A stretch of 64,000 nucleotides of DNA, taken from contig OY970218.1 of assembly GCA_963713975.1 (NCBI GenBank), positions 537,451-601,450 of the forward strand, in the 5' to 3' direction. The notes beneath the pieces are model-generated. The model saw only the letters and a program-made list of their open reading frames with translations. It did no database searches and was not told the DNA's origin. Below, piece by piece: positions 54,310 to 63,109 of the stretch. The number at the start of each line of letters is the position of its first letter. The stretch's first letter is position 1. This DNA comes from an uncultured Chloroflexia bacterium. Lineage in GTDB: Bacteria; Chloroflexota; Limnocylindria; Limnocylindrales; CSP1-4. The translations under genes were made by a program, and so were the position numbers.

Positions 54310-55352
54310 CCACCACGCCGTCGATCCGGATCGGGCTCGTCGGCTGCGGTGCGATCTCGACCCAGCACCTCGAGGCGATCGCTGCGGTCGACGGCCTGGC
54401 GCTCGCGGCTGTCACGAGCGCTTCCGTCGACCGGGCACGCGCGGTGGGCGAGCGGTGGGGGGTGCCCTGGTCGATGTCGCTCCACGATCTCCTCGCTCGC
54501 GACGACGTCGACGCGGTGACGATCTGCACGCCATCCGGGCTCCACCCGGAGCAGGCGCTCGCCGCGCTGCGATCGGGTCGTCATGCGATCGTCGAGAAGC
54601 CGATTGCCCTCTCCGTGGAGGAGGCCGAGGCCGTGGTCCGGGAGGGTCACGACCGGGGACTCGCGGTGGCCACGATCTCTCAACGTCGATTCGAGCCTGC
54701 TGTCCGGGCCCTGGAGGCAGCGGTCGCGGCCGGCGCCCTCGGGCGGATCTCGCTGATCATCGCGGAGGGGCTGTACCACCGACCACAGGCGTACTACGAC
54801 AGCGCGGCCTGGCGGGGTACGCGCGAACTCGATGGGGGCGTCCTGATGAACCAGGCAATCCACATGATCGATCTCGTGCGCTGGATCGGCGGGCCGGTCT
54901 CATCCGTCTCGGGGCATGTCGCCACGCTGGGCCACCGGATGGACGCCGAGGACACGGCATCGATCTCCCTGCGGTTCGCCAGCGGAGCGCTGGGAGAGAT
55001 CGTGGCCACGACCTGCGCCACGCCGGAGTTCCCGACCGAGCTCAGGGTCTACGGCGACCGGGGCCACGTCCGCATCGCCGGCGAGCGTGCCGTGGAGTGG
55101 GACGTGCCTGGTGTCGAGGCGCCACGCGATGATGACACTCCGGCACCTGCCGGAACCGCAGGCACACAGACGTGGGGCACGAACGCTGTGGGCTACCTGC
55201 GCCAGTACGGCGACTTCGTCGAGGCCGTCCGTGCCGGTCGCGCCCCCGTCGTCACCGGCGAGGACGGGCGCAATGCCGTGGCGATCGTTGCCGCCGCCTA
55301 TGAGGCGGATCGCAATGGACGAGCAATCGCGCTCGGAGGAGGCCTGCGATGA
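54306..55352 (+). CDS. Gfo/Idh/MocA-family NAD(P) oxidoreductase
   Basis: Rossmann IRIGLVGCGAIS, EKP motif (VEKPIA), and a C-terminal alpha/beta domain. Confidence 0.92.
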   Translation: MTTTPSIRIGLVGCGAISTQHLEAIAAVDGLALAAVTSASVDRARAVGERWGVPWSMSLHDLLARDDVDAVTICTPSGLHPEQALAALRSGRHAIVEKPIALSVEEAEAVVREGHDRGLAVATISQRRFEPAVRALEAAVAAGALGRISLIIAEGLYHRPQAYYDSAAWRGTRELDGGVLMNQAIHMIDLVRWIGGPVSSVSGHVATLGHRMDAEDTASISLRFASGALGEIVATTCATPEFPTELRVYGDRGHVRIAGERAVEWDVPGVEAPRDDDTPAPAGTAGTQTWGTNAVGYLRQYGDFVEAVRAGRAPVVTGEDGRNAVAIVAAAYEADRNGRAIALGGGLR

Positions 55353-56626
55353 AGGTCGGGGCAGCAAAGGTCGACATCACCCCGCCGCTGGGCTACCGGA
55401 TGGACGGGTTCGAGTCGCGCACGAGCGGCGCCACCGGGATCCACGATCCACTCCACGCCCGGGCGCTCGTTGCGGAGGGCGACGACGGGACGACCGTGGC
55501 GCTGATGGTCGCGGACCTGCTGCAGGTGGAGCTGCGGCTCCAGGAGCAGGTCGCCGCGGAGGTCCTGGAGCGGACCGGCATTCCGCGGGATCGCCTCCAG
55601 CTTGCCGGCACGCACACCCACAGCGGACCCGCGCAGCGGGAGCCGTCGGACGTGGAGCGTGCCATCGGCAACCGGATCGCCGACGCCGTGGTGCAAGCGT
55701 GGGACGCGAGGCGCGAAGCGGTTGCCGCGATCGGGATCGGGCACGTTGACGGAATCGCCGGCAACCGTCGGCCGAACGGCGGGCCCGTAGATGATCGTGT
55801 GACGGTGACTCGCTTCGACGGGATCGACGGGGAGCCCATCGCCACCCACGTCAACTACGGCTGCCACGCCACAACCCTTGGACCCAACAACACGCTCTAC
55901 ACCGCGGACTACCCAGGCGTCCTGTGTCGCCTGGTCGACGAGGCTGCGGGCGGGGTGACGATCTTCACGACCGGCCCGCAAGGCGACGTGAACCCAGGGG
56001 GCTACTCCCCCGAGGGAAGCATGGTCGGGGTCGTCGTGCCGTGGCGGACATTCGAGTCCGCCGAGCGTTACGGGCACATCCTGGCCGATTGCACGCTCGC
56101 GATCCGGGAGAGCCTCACACCCGCGTCCTCCTCCCGGGTGTGGGGAACCTCCCGGATCGTCGAGCTCCTGCGCAAGCGTCTGCCGGATCCCGTCGTCGCG
56201 CGGCGTGCAGCCACCCTCGCCCGTGACGCGGAGCGGGCCGTCTCAGCGGCGGACCTCACCGCGGACGCTACCTACCATGCGCTCGTTGCCGCGGCGTACG
56301 CGGAACTGGTTGCGGAGCAGGCCGAGGCCCCGGATCGCGACGGCCCGGTACGGGTGCGGGCGAGTGCGCTCGCCCTGGGGCCGCTGCTGCACCTTGGAGT
56401 GTCCGGCGAGCTGTTCGTTGCCCTGGGCCAGGAAGCGCGGCAGGCGCTCGGTGCGGACAGCACGTGTATCGCCGCATTGTGCGACGGCACGGTGGGCTAC
56501 ATCCCGACAGCCGAGGCATTCGAGATTGGAGCCTACGAGCCGAACGCAAGCGTCCTGCAGCCAGGAGAAGGGGAGCGCCTGATCCGGGCGCTGATCGAGC
56601 TTGCCTCGGCGGCACCGCCCGCCTGA
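55349..56626 (+). CDS. Neutral/alkaline ceramidase-like amidohydrolase family protein
   Basis: MKVGAAKVDITPPLGYRMDGF........GIHDPLHARALV......AGTHTHSGP resembles the neutral-ceramidase N-terminal domain. Confidence 0.65.
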   Translation: MKVGAAKVDITPPLGYRMDGFESRTSGATGIHDPLHARALVAEGDDGTTVALMVADLLQVELRLQEQVAAEVLERTGIPRDRLQLAGTHTHSGPAQREPSDVERAIGNRIADAVVQAWDARREAVAAIGIGHVDGIAGNRRPNGGPVDDRVTVTRFDGIDGEPIATHVNYGCHATTLGPNNTLYTADYPGVLCRLVDEAAGGVTIFTTGPQGDVNPGGYSPEGSMVGVVVPWRTFESAERYGHILADCTLAIRESLTPASSSRVWGTSRIVELLRKRLPDPVVARRAATLARDAERAVSAADLTADATYHALVAAAYAELVAEQAEAPDRDGPVRVRASALALGPLLHLGVSGELFVALGQEARQALGADSTCIAALCDGTVGYIPTAEAFEIGAYEPNASVLQPGEGERLIRALIELASAAPPA

Positions 56627-56689
56627 AGAGCTCCACCATCGAGGCCACGTGATCCGTCCACCTGCGTTCCGCCATTCGGGAGACATCAG

Positions 56690-57448
56690 ATGACCGCCCC
56701 GATCCACGCCACCTACCTCGACCGGGCCATGGAGCTGCTCGCGCGTATCCGCGATGAGGAGGGTGAAGCGATCGCGCGAGCCGGCTTGGCCGTCGCGGAT
56801 CGCATCGCCGAAGACCGCCTCATCTATGTGATCGGGCCCGGCGGCCATTCGCAAATCGGTGCGGAGGAGGTCTTCTCGCGCGCTGGCGGCCTGGCCTGCA
56901 TCTGGTCGTTTCTCGACGACGGCTTCTACCTGGGTCACGGCGCCGCGCGGTCGATGGCCATCGAGCGCACGCCGGGCTACGCGCGCGCCATCCTGGATGG
57001 TGCGGGAATGAGCGACGGCGACATCCTGTTCATCGTCAACGCGTACGGCATCAACTCGGCGACGATCGACAGCGCGATGTATGCCCGCGAGAAGGGGCTG
57101 ACCAGCATCGCGGTCACCTCGGTCGCCAACCAGCGCGGTCTGCCACAGGGTCACCCGAGCCGCCACCCGAGCGGACAGGACCTGTGTGACCTTGCCAACA
57201 TCGTCGTGGACACGAAGATGCCCTTGGGCGACGCGGTCATGGCCGTGGATGGCGTCACCGAGAAGGTCGGCCCCGTCTCGACGATGGTCAACGCCTACGC
57301 GATCAACTCGATCATGCTGGAGGCAATCGCCGACCTCGCCCGTCGGGGGATCGAGCCGCCGGTCTGGCGGAGCTCGAACAGCCCTGGTGGGGATGAGGCG
57401 AACCTCGCCGTGACCGCGCGGTATCGGCATCGCGTCCCGAACTTGTGA
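56690..57448 (+). CDS. SIS-domain sugar isomerase-like protein (UPF0309 type)
   Basis: Contains IYVIGPGGHSQ and DILFIVNAYGINS..ID.A..ARE.G...IAVTS. Confidence 0.8.
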   Translation: MTAPIHATYLDRAMELLARIRDEEGEAIARAGLAVADRIAEDRLIYVIGPGGHSQIGAEEVFSRAGGLACIWSFLDDGFYLGHGAARSMAIERTPGYARAILDGAGMSDGDILFIVNAYGINSATIDSAMYAREKGLTSIAVTSVANQRGLPQGHPSRHPSGQDLCDLANIVVDTKMPLGDAVMAVDGVTEKVGPVSTMVNAYAINSIMLEAIADLARRGIEPPVWRSSNSPGGDEANLAVTARYRHRVPNL

Positions 57449-57554
57449 GGCCCGGGTTACGACCGCAGCAGGCATCGGCGACAATGACCGTGATTCCCAA
57501 CCGGGCAACCGTGCCTGCCGGCCGGAAGGGCCTTGCGTCCGGGATGTCCGATGA

Positions 57555-57571
57555 TCTACTGTCGGACAATC
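57555..57571. promoter_or_regulatory. 17-bp operator-like motif TCTACTGTCGGACAATC (copy 2 of 2)
   Basis: Ends 27 nt upstream of the ATG at 57598 of the FadR-type GntR gene. Matches 51437..51453 at 16 of 17 positions. Confidence 0.6.
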
Positions 57572-57597
57572 TCGTGCAGGAGGGGTCGGTCCGAGCC

Positions 57598-58380
57598 ATG
57601 AGCCTTCATCGTCCCCAGACACTAACGACTGTCGTCGCGCAGTTCATCAGGGACGCGATCGTCCACGGTGAGTTCGCGCCGGGATCGCGGCTCCCTGAGG
57701 TGGCGCTTGCGGCCCAGCTCGAGACCTCGCGCGGGACCGTCCGGGAGGCCCTCCGGACGCTTGCCGACGGCGGGCTCATCCAGATCATCCCCCGCCGGGG
57801 CGTGTTCGTCTCCCAGCTCTCGGTACGCGCGACCTGGGAGATCACGAGCCTGCGTGCTCTCCTGGAGCCCTACGCCTCACGACTGGCGCTGGAGGCAAGC
57901 GGCGCCGATCCGGCCATCGAGCGTGAGGTCCGGGCGGCATTCGAGGTCCTCAGGAAGGCCGTGCGTAGCAGGGATCCGCTGACGGTCGCCGACGCGGACG
58001 TCGCGTTCCACCGCTCGGTCTTCGCCCGTTGCGGACACGAGATGCTGCTCGGCCGGCTCGATACCTTGCAGGCGTTGTCGCGCCGGATCGTGCTGACCAA
58101 CCAGATCGCCTCAGCCGATGCGCCAACCCTGATCGCCCAGCACGCCCCGATCGTCGAGGCTGTCCAGCTCCGTGACCCGGAGCTCCTGGAGGCTGCGGTC
58201 CGCGCCCATGTGATCGAGGCCGGTGAGCTGCTCATGACACGGATGGCCGCACTGGAACCGAACCGAGCGAAGCGCCCGCAGGCGACCACATTCGGGCTCG
58301 GCCGCTGGCCGTCGGGGGCGAGCCCGCATCCAAGACGATCGAACATGCAGACCGGGCTCGGTTCCGACAATGGAGAGTAG
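57598..58380 (+). CDS. GntR-family regulator, FadR/FCD subfamily
   Basis: RLPEVALAAQLETSRGTVREALRTLADGGLIQIIPRRGVFV, plus a helical FCD domain. Alternative starts are 57544 and 57445. Confidence 0.88.
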   Translation: MSLHRPQTLTTVVAQFIRDAIVHGEFAPGSRLPEVALAAQLETSRGTVREALRTLADGGLIQIIPRRGVFVSQLSVRATWEITSLRALLEPYASRLALEASGADPAIEREVRAAFEVLRKAVRSRDPLTVADADVAFHRSVFARCGHEMLLGRLDTLQALSRRIVLTNQIASADAPTLIAQHAPIVEAVQLRDPELLEAAVRAHVIEAGELLMTRMAALEPNRAKRPQATTFGLGRWPSGASPHPRRSNMQTGLGSDNGE

Positions 58381-58589
58381 GAAGTCATCACACATCGGCT
58401 GGCCCGCCAGGCCGCGCGGGAGAGGTGACGCGGAGACCCGCGCGGCCGCTGTGGGCCATTTCCGGGGAGTCCGGCCCTCGTGGAAGCCGGCTCCAATATC
58501 CGAGCATCTGCCACGGAGCAAGGGAGACGAACGCCTCTGAGAGTGCTGGCTCCGCGTCATCGATCGTCATCCGAACCTGGAGGAGGAAC

Positions 58590-59975
58590 ATGGCAAGCTC
58601 TCGGCTACTGACCAAGGCAATCGTGCTGTCCGCGGGACTCGCGATCGCATTTGCAGCCTGCGGCTCGAGCTCGGCGACCACCGCGCCGGCCACCCAGGCC
58701 GCCGGCGCCACAACGGCCCCGGTCGAATCTGCCGCCACCGCTGACGCGTGCGGGACCGATCCCGTCACGCTGAACGTATGGGGAGGCTATCCCGAGGTCG
58801 ACGACGTCTACAAGCAGGCCGGCGCAGCCTTCAAGGAGGCACATCCCAACGTTGACTTCACGGTCTTCAGCACCGACCTCCGCGGCTTCGAGCAGAAGCT
58901 GACCACCGCGCTCCCCTCCAAGACGGCAGGCGACGTCGTCGTCCGGACGACGAACTTCCTCGCCCGCTTCATCGATGAAGGCCTGCTCCAGCCGGTCCCC
59001 GACGACCTGAAGGGCGAGATCACCGGAGGTGGCTACGCGCCCGAAGTCGTCCAGGACAACACCTACTCCGACAACATCTGGGGCATGCCGCTGTTCACCG
59101 GCGGAACGGCCGTCTACTACAACACCGACATGTACACGGAAGCGGGCCTCTCCGGTCCCCCGATGACGATGGACGATCTCAAGTCCAACGCATACAAGCT
59201 GGCCAAGACGGACGCGAACGGCAACCTGACCCGGTCGGGCTGGAGCCTCCGGCTGTCAGGTCAGGGCAGTGGCGTTGCAGAGAAGTTCTGGATCCTCCTG
59301 CTCCAGGACGGCAAGACACTCATCCGCGAGACCCCGGAGGGGTCCGGCAACTGGGTTGCCGAGTACAACGGCCCGGAGGGCGCGAAGCTCCTCCAGATGT
59401 ACGTCGATATGCTGAAGGACAACGTCCTGTCCTTGGAGATCGATGGTGATGCCAAGGCGTTCGAGACCGAGCAGACCGCGCAGTTCCTGCGCGAGTCCTG
59501 GGTGGTCCCCGAGATCGCCGCGACGGTCCCGGATCTGGTCGGCCACTACGCGACCGTGGCACCGCCTGCTGCGGACATCCTGACGGTCGAATCAATGTTC
59601 GTGCCGGACGCATCGCCGAACGCCGCCTGCGCGTGGGAGTTCATCCGATTCATGCGCGAACAGGACCAGCAGATCAACCTGCTGAAGGTGTCCGGCTGGC
59701 TGCCGGCCCGCGGCGACCTCGACCTGGCCGCCTTCCTGGCGGAGAACCCGACCTACGAAGGCTTCCTCAAGCGGCCGGACGGCTTCCAGCTGACGACCAC
59801 ACCGCCGATCGCCGAGTTCGACGAGATCGAGACCAAGCTCGCGACGCACCTGGTCGAGGCCTACGCCGACTTTGCCAACCTTGCCGGGCAGCCCGACAAG
59901 ATCCAGGCCCTGCTCAACACCTGGGCCGATGAGACCAACCAGATCCTGAAGGACAACGGCCACTTCGGCGGCTGA
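58590..59975 (+). CDS. ABC sugar transporter substrate-binding lipoprotein
   Basis: The Shine-Dalgarno GGAGGAGG precedes the ATG at 58590. The lipobox is FAACGSS. The sequence looks like a family 1 SBP. Confidence 0.9.
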   Translation: MASSRLLTKAIVLSAGLAIAFAACGSSSATTAPATQAAGATTAPVESAATADACGTDPVTLNVWGGYPEVDDVYKQAGAAFKEAHPNVDFTVFSTDLRGFEQKLTTALPSKTAGDVVVRTTNFLARFIDEGLLQPVPDDLKGEITGGGYAPEVVQDNTYSDNIWGMPLFTGGTAVYYNTDMYTEAGLSGPPMTMDDLKSNAYKLAKTDANGNLTRSGWSLRLSGQGSGVAEKFWILLLQDGKTLIRETPEGSGNWVAEYNGPEGAKLLQMYVDMLKDNVLSLEIDGDAKAFETEQTAQFLRESWVVPEIAATVPDLVGHYATVAPPAADILTVESMFVPDASPNAACAWEFIRFMREQDQQINLLKVSGWLPARGDLDLAAFLAENPTYEGFLKRPDGFQLTTTPPIAEFDEIETKLATHLVEAYADFANLAGQPDKIQALLNTWADETNQILKDNGHFGG

Positions 59976-60059
59976 TCCAAGTAGCATTGTGGGCGCCGAC
60001 GGCACGGGCCGCGGCGCCCACGCGCATCCCCGGCACCCGATCCAGGAAGGGTCGATGGA

Positions 60060-60980
60060 TTGAACAGTCCCTTGGCAGCCGTGCGCAACATCCCGAGGCG
60101 GCGGTGGGTCCGCTACCGCTTCGTGCTCATCGTGCTCGCGCCCGTGATGGCGCTGTTCTTCTACCTGCGCGTCATCCCGACCGGGCAGGCGATGCTGATG
60201 AGCCTGTTCGACTGGGAGCTCATCAAGCCTGCCGAGAAGTTCGTCGGGCTCGACAACTATGTGAACCTGCTGTCCGACGACAACTTCAGGCTGGCGTTCA
60301 CGAACACGACCATCTTTGCCGTGGCGACCACCGTGTTCTCGGTGCTGATCGCCCTGTTGCTCGCCGCATTGCTGTCACGGTTCGTGACCGGCCGGCTCGG
60401 CGGCTTCCTCGAGCTGTTGTACTTCGCCCCGGTGCTCGTGCCGATGGTGCCGGTCACGCTCGGGTGGCGCGAGATCTTCAACTACCAGCACGGGATCCTG
60501 AACTCGGCGCTTGAGGTCTTCGGGATCGGCAAGCAGCCGTGGCTCAGTGACCCCACGATGGCTCTCGTCGCGGTCGTGATCCTGTCGGTCTGGAAACAGG
60601 TCGGGTACAACATGATCATCCTGCTGGTGGGGATGCGGGCAATCCCGGTGATCTACCACGAGGCGGCAGCCGTTGACGGTGCGAACGCGTGGCAGCAGTT
60701 TCGGCGGATCACACTGCCCCTGCTGGCGCCCGTCACGCTGTTTGTGGTCGTGATCACGACCATCTCGGCGTACAACGTGTTCACCCAGGTCTACGTGCTG
60801 GCGTCCGATGTCCAGGGGGCACCCGGCCGTCTCGTGCGCGTGCTCGTGTACGACATCTTCGAGAACGGGTTCAGGTTCTTCAATATGGGCTACGCAGCGG
60901 CAGAGGCCATGTACCTGTTCATCATCATCCTCGCCCTGACGATCATCCAGTTCCGGTTCCTGCGGGGGTCCAACCCGTGA
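60060..60980 (+). CDS. ABC sugar transporter permease (MalF-like)
   Basis: 6 TM segments. Contains the EAA loop EAAAVDGANAWQQFRRITLP. Confidence 0.9.
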   Translation: MNSPLAAVRNIPRRRWVRYRFVLIVLAPVMALFFYLRVIPTGQAMLMSLFDWELIKPAEKFVGLDNYVNLLSDDNFRLAFTNTTIFAVATTVFSVLIALLLAALLSRFVTGRLGGFLELLYFAPVLVPMVPVTLGWREIFNYQHGILNSALEVFGIGKQPWLSDPTMALVAVVILSVWKQVGYNMIILLVGMRAIPVIYHEAAAVDGANAWQQFRRITLPLLAPVTLFVVVITTISAYNVFTQVYVLASDVQGAPGRLVRVLVYDIFENGFRFFNMGYAAAEAMYLFIIILALTIIQFRFLRGSNP

Positions 60981-61822
60981 TCTCATCTCGGCGCACGCTC
61001 GTCGGCAAGATCTCGTACTGGATCGTCGTCGCCCTGCTGTTCGCTGGCGGCCTGCTCATGGTGTTCCCGCTGTTCTGGTTGTTCAGCACATCGTTCCGTC
61101 CGGCAACTGAGCTGCTCAAGGTGCCACCGTCGCTGCTCCCCGAGGTTTGGACGATCGCGAATTTCGAGAAGGTCTTCGCGACGGCCCCCGTGATGTCGTA
61201 CCTGTGGAACAGCGTCGTGTTCGCCGTCATCTCCACGGTGTTCATCCTCGTGACGTCGACGATGGCGGGCTACATCTTCGCGAAGTTCAAGTTCCCCGGG
61301 AACAACGTCCTGTTCATGCTCGTGATCGCGACGGCGATCGTGCCGTTCGAGATCTACATGGTCCCGCTGTTCCTCCAGATGAACACCCTGGGCCTCGTGA
61401 ACACGCCGATCGGCCTGTTCCTGCCGTTCCTCGTGCTCAGCTACGGGATCTTCTTCATGCGTCAGAACACGATCACGAGCGTGCCCGACGAGCTCCTCGA
61501 CGCCGCCCGTATCGACGGCATGGGTGAGTTCTCCATCATGCTCAGGCTCGTACCCAGGCTGCTGGCGCCGGCGATGGCCGCACTTGCGATCCTCGCCTTC
61601 ATCCAGGCATGGACCGCGTTCATCTGGCCGCTGCTCATCCTCAACGAGCCGAAATACTTCCCGATGGAGCTCGGGCTGTCGCAGTTCGCGAACAGCACCC
61701 GGGTCGACTTCGGCGCGGTCGCGGCAGCGGCCGTCTTCGCGATGCTGCCGACCCTCCTCGCGTTCCTGATCCTGCGGCGCCGGATCGTCGAGGGCATCAC
61801 GCTCACGGGGCTCAAGGGCTGA
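60977..61822 (+). CDS. ABC sugar transporter permease (MalG-like)
   Basis: The GTG overlaps the previous stop. Contains the EAA loop DAARIDGMGEFSIMLRLVPRL. Confidence 0.9.
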   Translation: MISSRRTLVGKISYWIVVALLFAGGLLMVFPLFWLFSTSFRPATELLKVPPSLLPEVWTIANFEKVFATAPVMSYLWNSVVFAVISTVFILVTSTMAGYIFAKFKFPGNNVLFMLVIATAIVPFEIYMVPLFLQMNTLGLVNTPIGLFLPFLVLSYGIFFMRQNTITSVPDELLDAARIDGMGEFSIMLRLVPRLLAPAMAALAILAFIQAWTAFIWPLLILNEPKYFPMELGLSQFANSTRVDFGAVAAAAVFAMLPTLLAFLILRRRIVEGITLTGLKG

Positions 61823-61850
61823 CCGCGAACCCCCGGAAAGGCCTCATTCA

Positions 61851-63068
61851 ATGACATCGATGCTGACCACACACGTGGACCCGTCCGACGCGCCTGCCGG
61901 GCTCTCGCTGCTGGGTCGATCAACGGAGGACGGGGGGGCCGTCCGGGTGACGGTGGCGGGCGGCCTTGTCACCAGGATCGAGCGCGTCGCGGAAGACCCG
62001 GGTGGCACCTGGATCTCCCCGGGCTGGATCGACATCCAGATCAACGGCTATGCCGGGCACGACCCGAATGACGCAGCTGCGGACGCATCAACCTCCGCGG
62101 CCATGGTCCGCGCCCTGTGGCCCGAGGGGATCACCGGATCGTGCATCACGATCTGCACTGAGTCCGAGGAGCACATCAAGGACAACCTTCGCGCCATCGT
62201 GGCGGCCTGCGATGCCGACCCGATCATCGCTGAGTCCGTGGTCGGGATCCACGTGGAGGGCCCACACATCGCGACCGAGGACGGGCCGCGCGGGGCCCAC
62301 CCGCTGCGCCACGTGCGCCCGCCGGATATCGCGGAGTACCGGCGGTGGCAGGAGGCCGCCAACGGCCGGGTCCGGATCACCACGCTCTCGCCCGAGTACG
62401 AGGGAGCAGCCCCCTACATCCGGGCAGTCGCCGCCGACGGCGTCCTGGTCTCGATCGGGCACACCACGGCGACGGGTGACCAGATCCGGGCTGCCGTCGA
62501 TGCCGGGGCCAGGTGGTCGACCCACCTTGGGAACGGCGCCCATGCCGTGATCCGGCGCCACCCTAACTACATCTGGGACCAGCTTGCCGAGGACCGGTTG
62601 AGTGCGGGCTTCATCTTCGACGGCCACCACCTGCCGCCCGCGGTCATGAAGACCGTCCTGCGCGCCAAGGGCGTCGAACGCACCGTCCTCGTCAGCGATG
62701 CGGTCTCGATGGCCGGCCTGCCACCCGGACGCTACACGCTGTTCGACGGTGGCGATGTGGAGCTGCAGCCCGACGGCCGCCTGGAGCTGGTCGGGACGCC
62801 GCTTCTCGCGGGAGCTGTCACGGCCCTTCCAACGTGCGTCGCGAATGCGGTCCGCCATGCCGGGGCGACACTGTCTGACGCGGTGCGGATGGTGACCGCG
62901 AACCCTTCCCGCCTGCTCGGCCTGCCGATCACGGCCGGCCACGAGAGCCTTCGGACCGGCGTCGCCGCCAACCTGACGATGTTCCGCCGAGCCGAGACCA
63001 CTGGTGCTATCGAGATCGTCAGGACAATTGTTGGCGGGACGGTGGTGTTCGAGTCGCCGGCCCGTTGA
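61851..63068 (+). CDS. N-acetylglucosamine-6-phosphate deacetylase-like amidohydrolase (NagA family)
   Basis: Contains the NagA-type motifs SPGWIDIQINGYAGHD, IHVEGPHI, SIGHTTAT and THLGNG. Confidence 0.82.
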   Translation: MTSMLTTHVDPSDAPAGLSLLGRSTEDGGAVRVTVAGGLVTRIERVAEDPGGTWISPGWIDIQINGYAGHDPNDAAADASTSAAMVRALWPEGITGSCITICTESEEHIKDNLRAIVAACDADPIIAESVVGIHVEGPHIATEDGPRGAHPLRHVRPPDIAEYRRWQEAANGRVRITTLSPEYEGAAPYIRAVAADGVLVSIGHTTATGDQIRAAVDAGARWSTHLGNGAHAVIRRHPNYIWDQLAEDRLSAGFIFDGHHLPPAVMKTVLRAKGVERTVLVSDAVSMAGLPPGRYTLFDGGDVELQPDGRLELVGTPLLAGAVTALPTCVANAVRHAGATLSDAVRMVTANPSRLLGLPITAGHESLRTGVAANLTMFRRAETTGAIEIVRTIVGGTVVFESPAR

Positions 63069-63109
63069 CCCCGGCGATCCCGGACCCCTTCTGTTCGACG
63101 TCTCGCACG

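Noticed and set aside
59976-59990. Fourth copy of the TAGCATTGCTGC inverted repeat (GTAGCATTG after the SBP stop)
   Set aside because: Only a 9-nt half-arm matches, and no partner arm lies at 18-nt spacing. This is probably chance.
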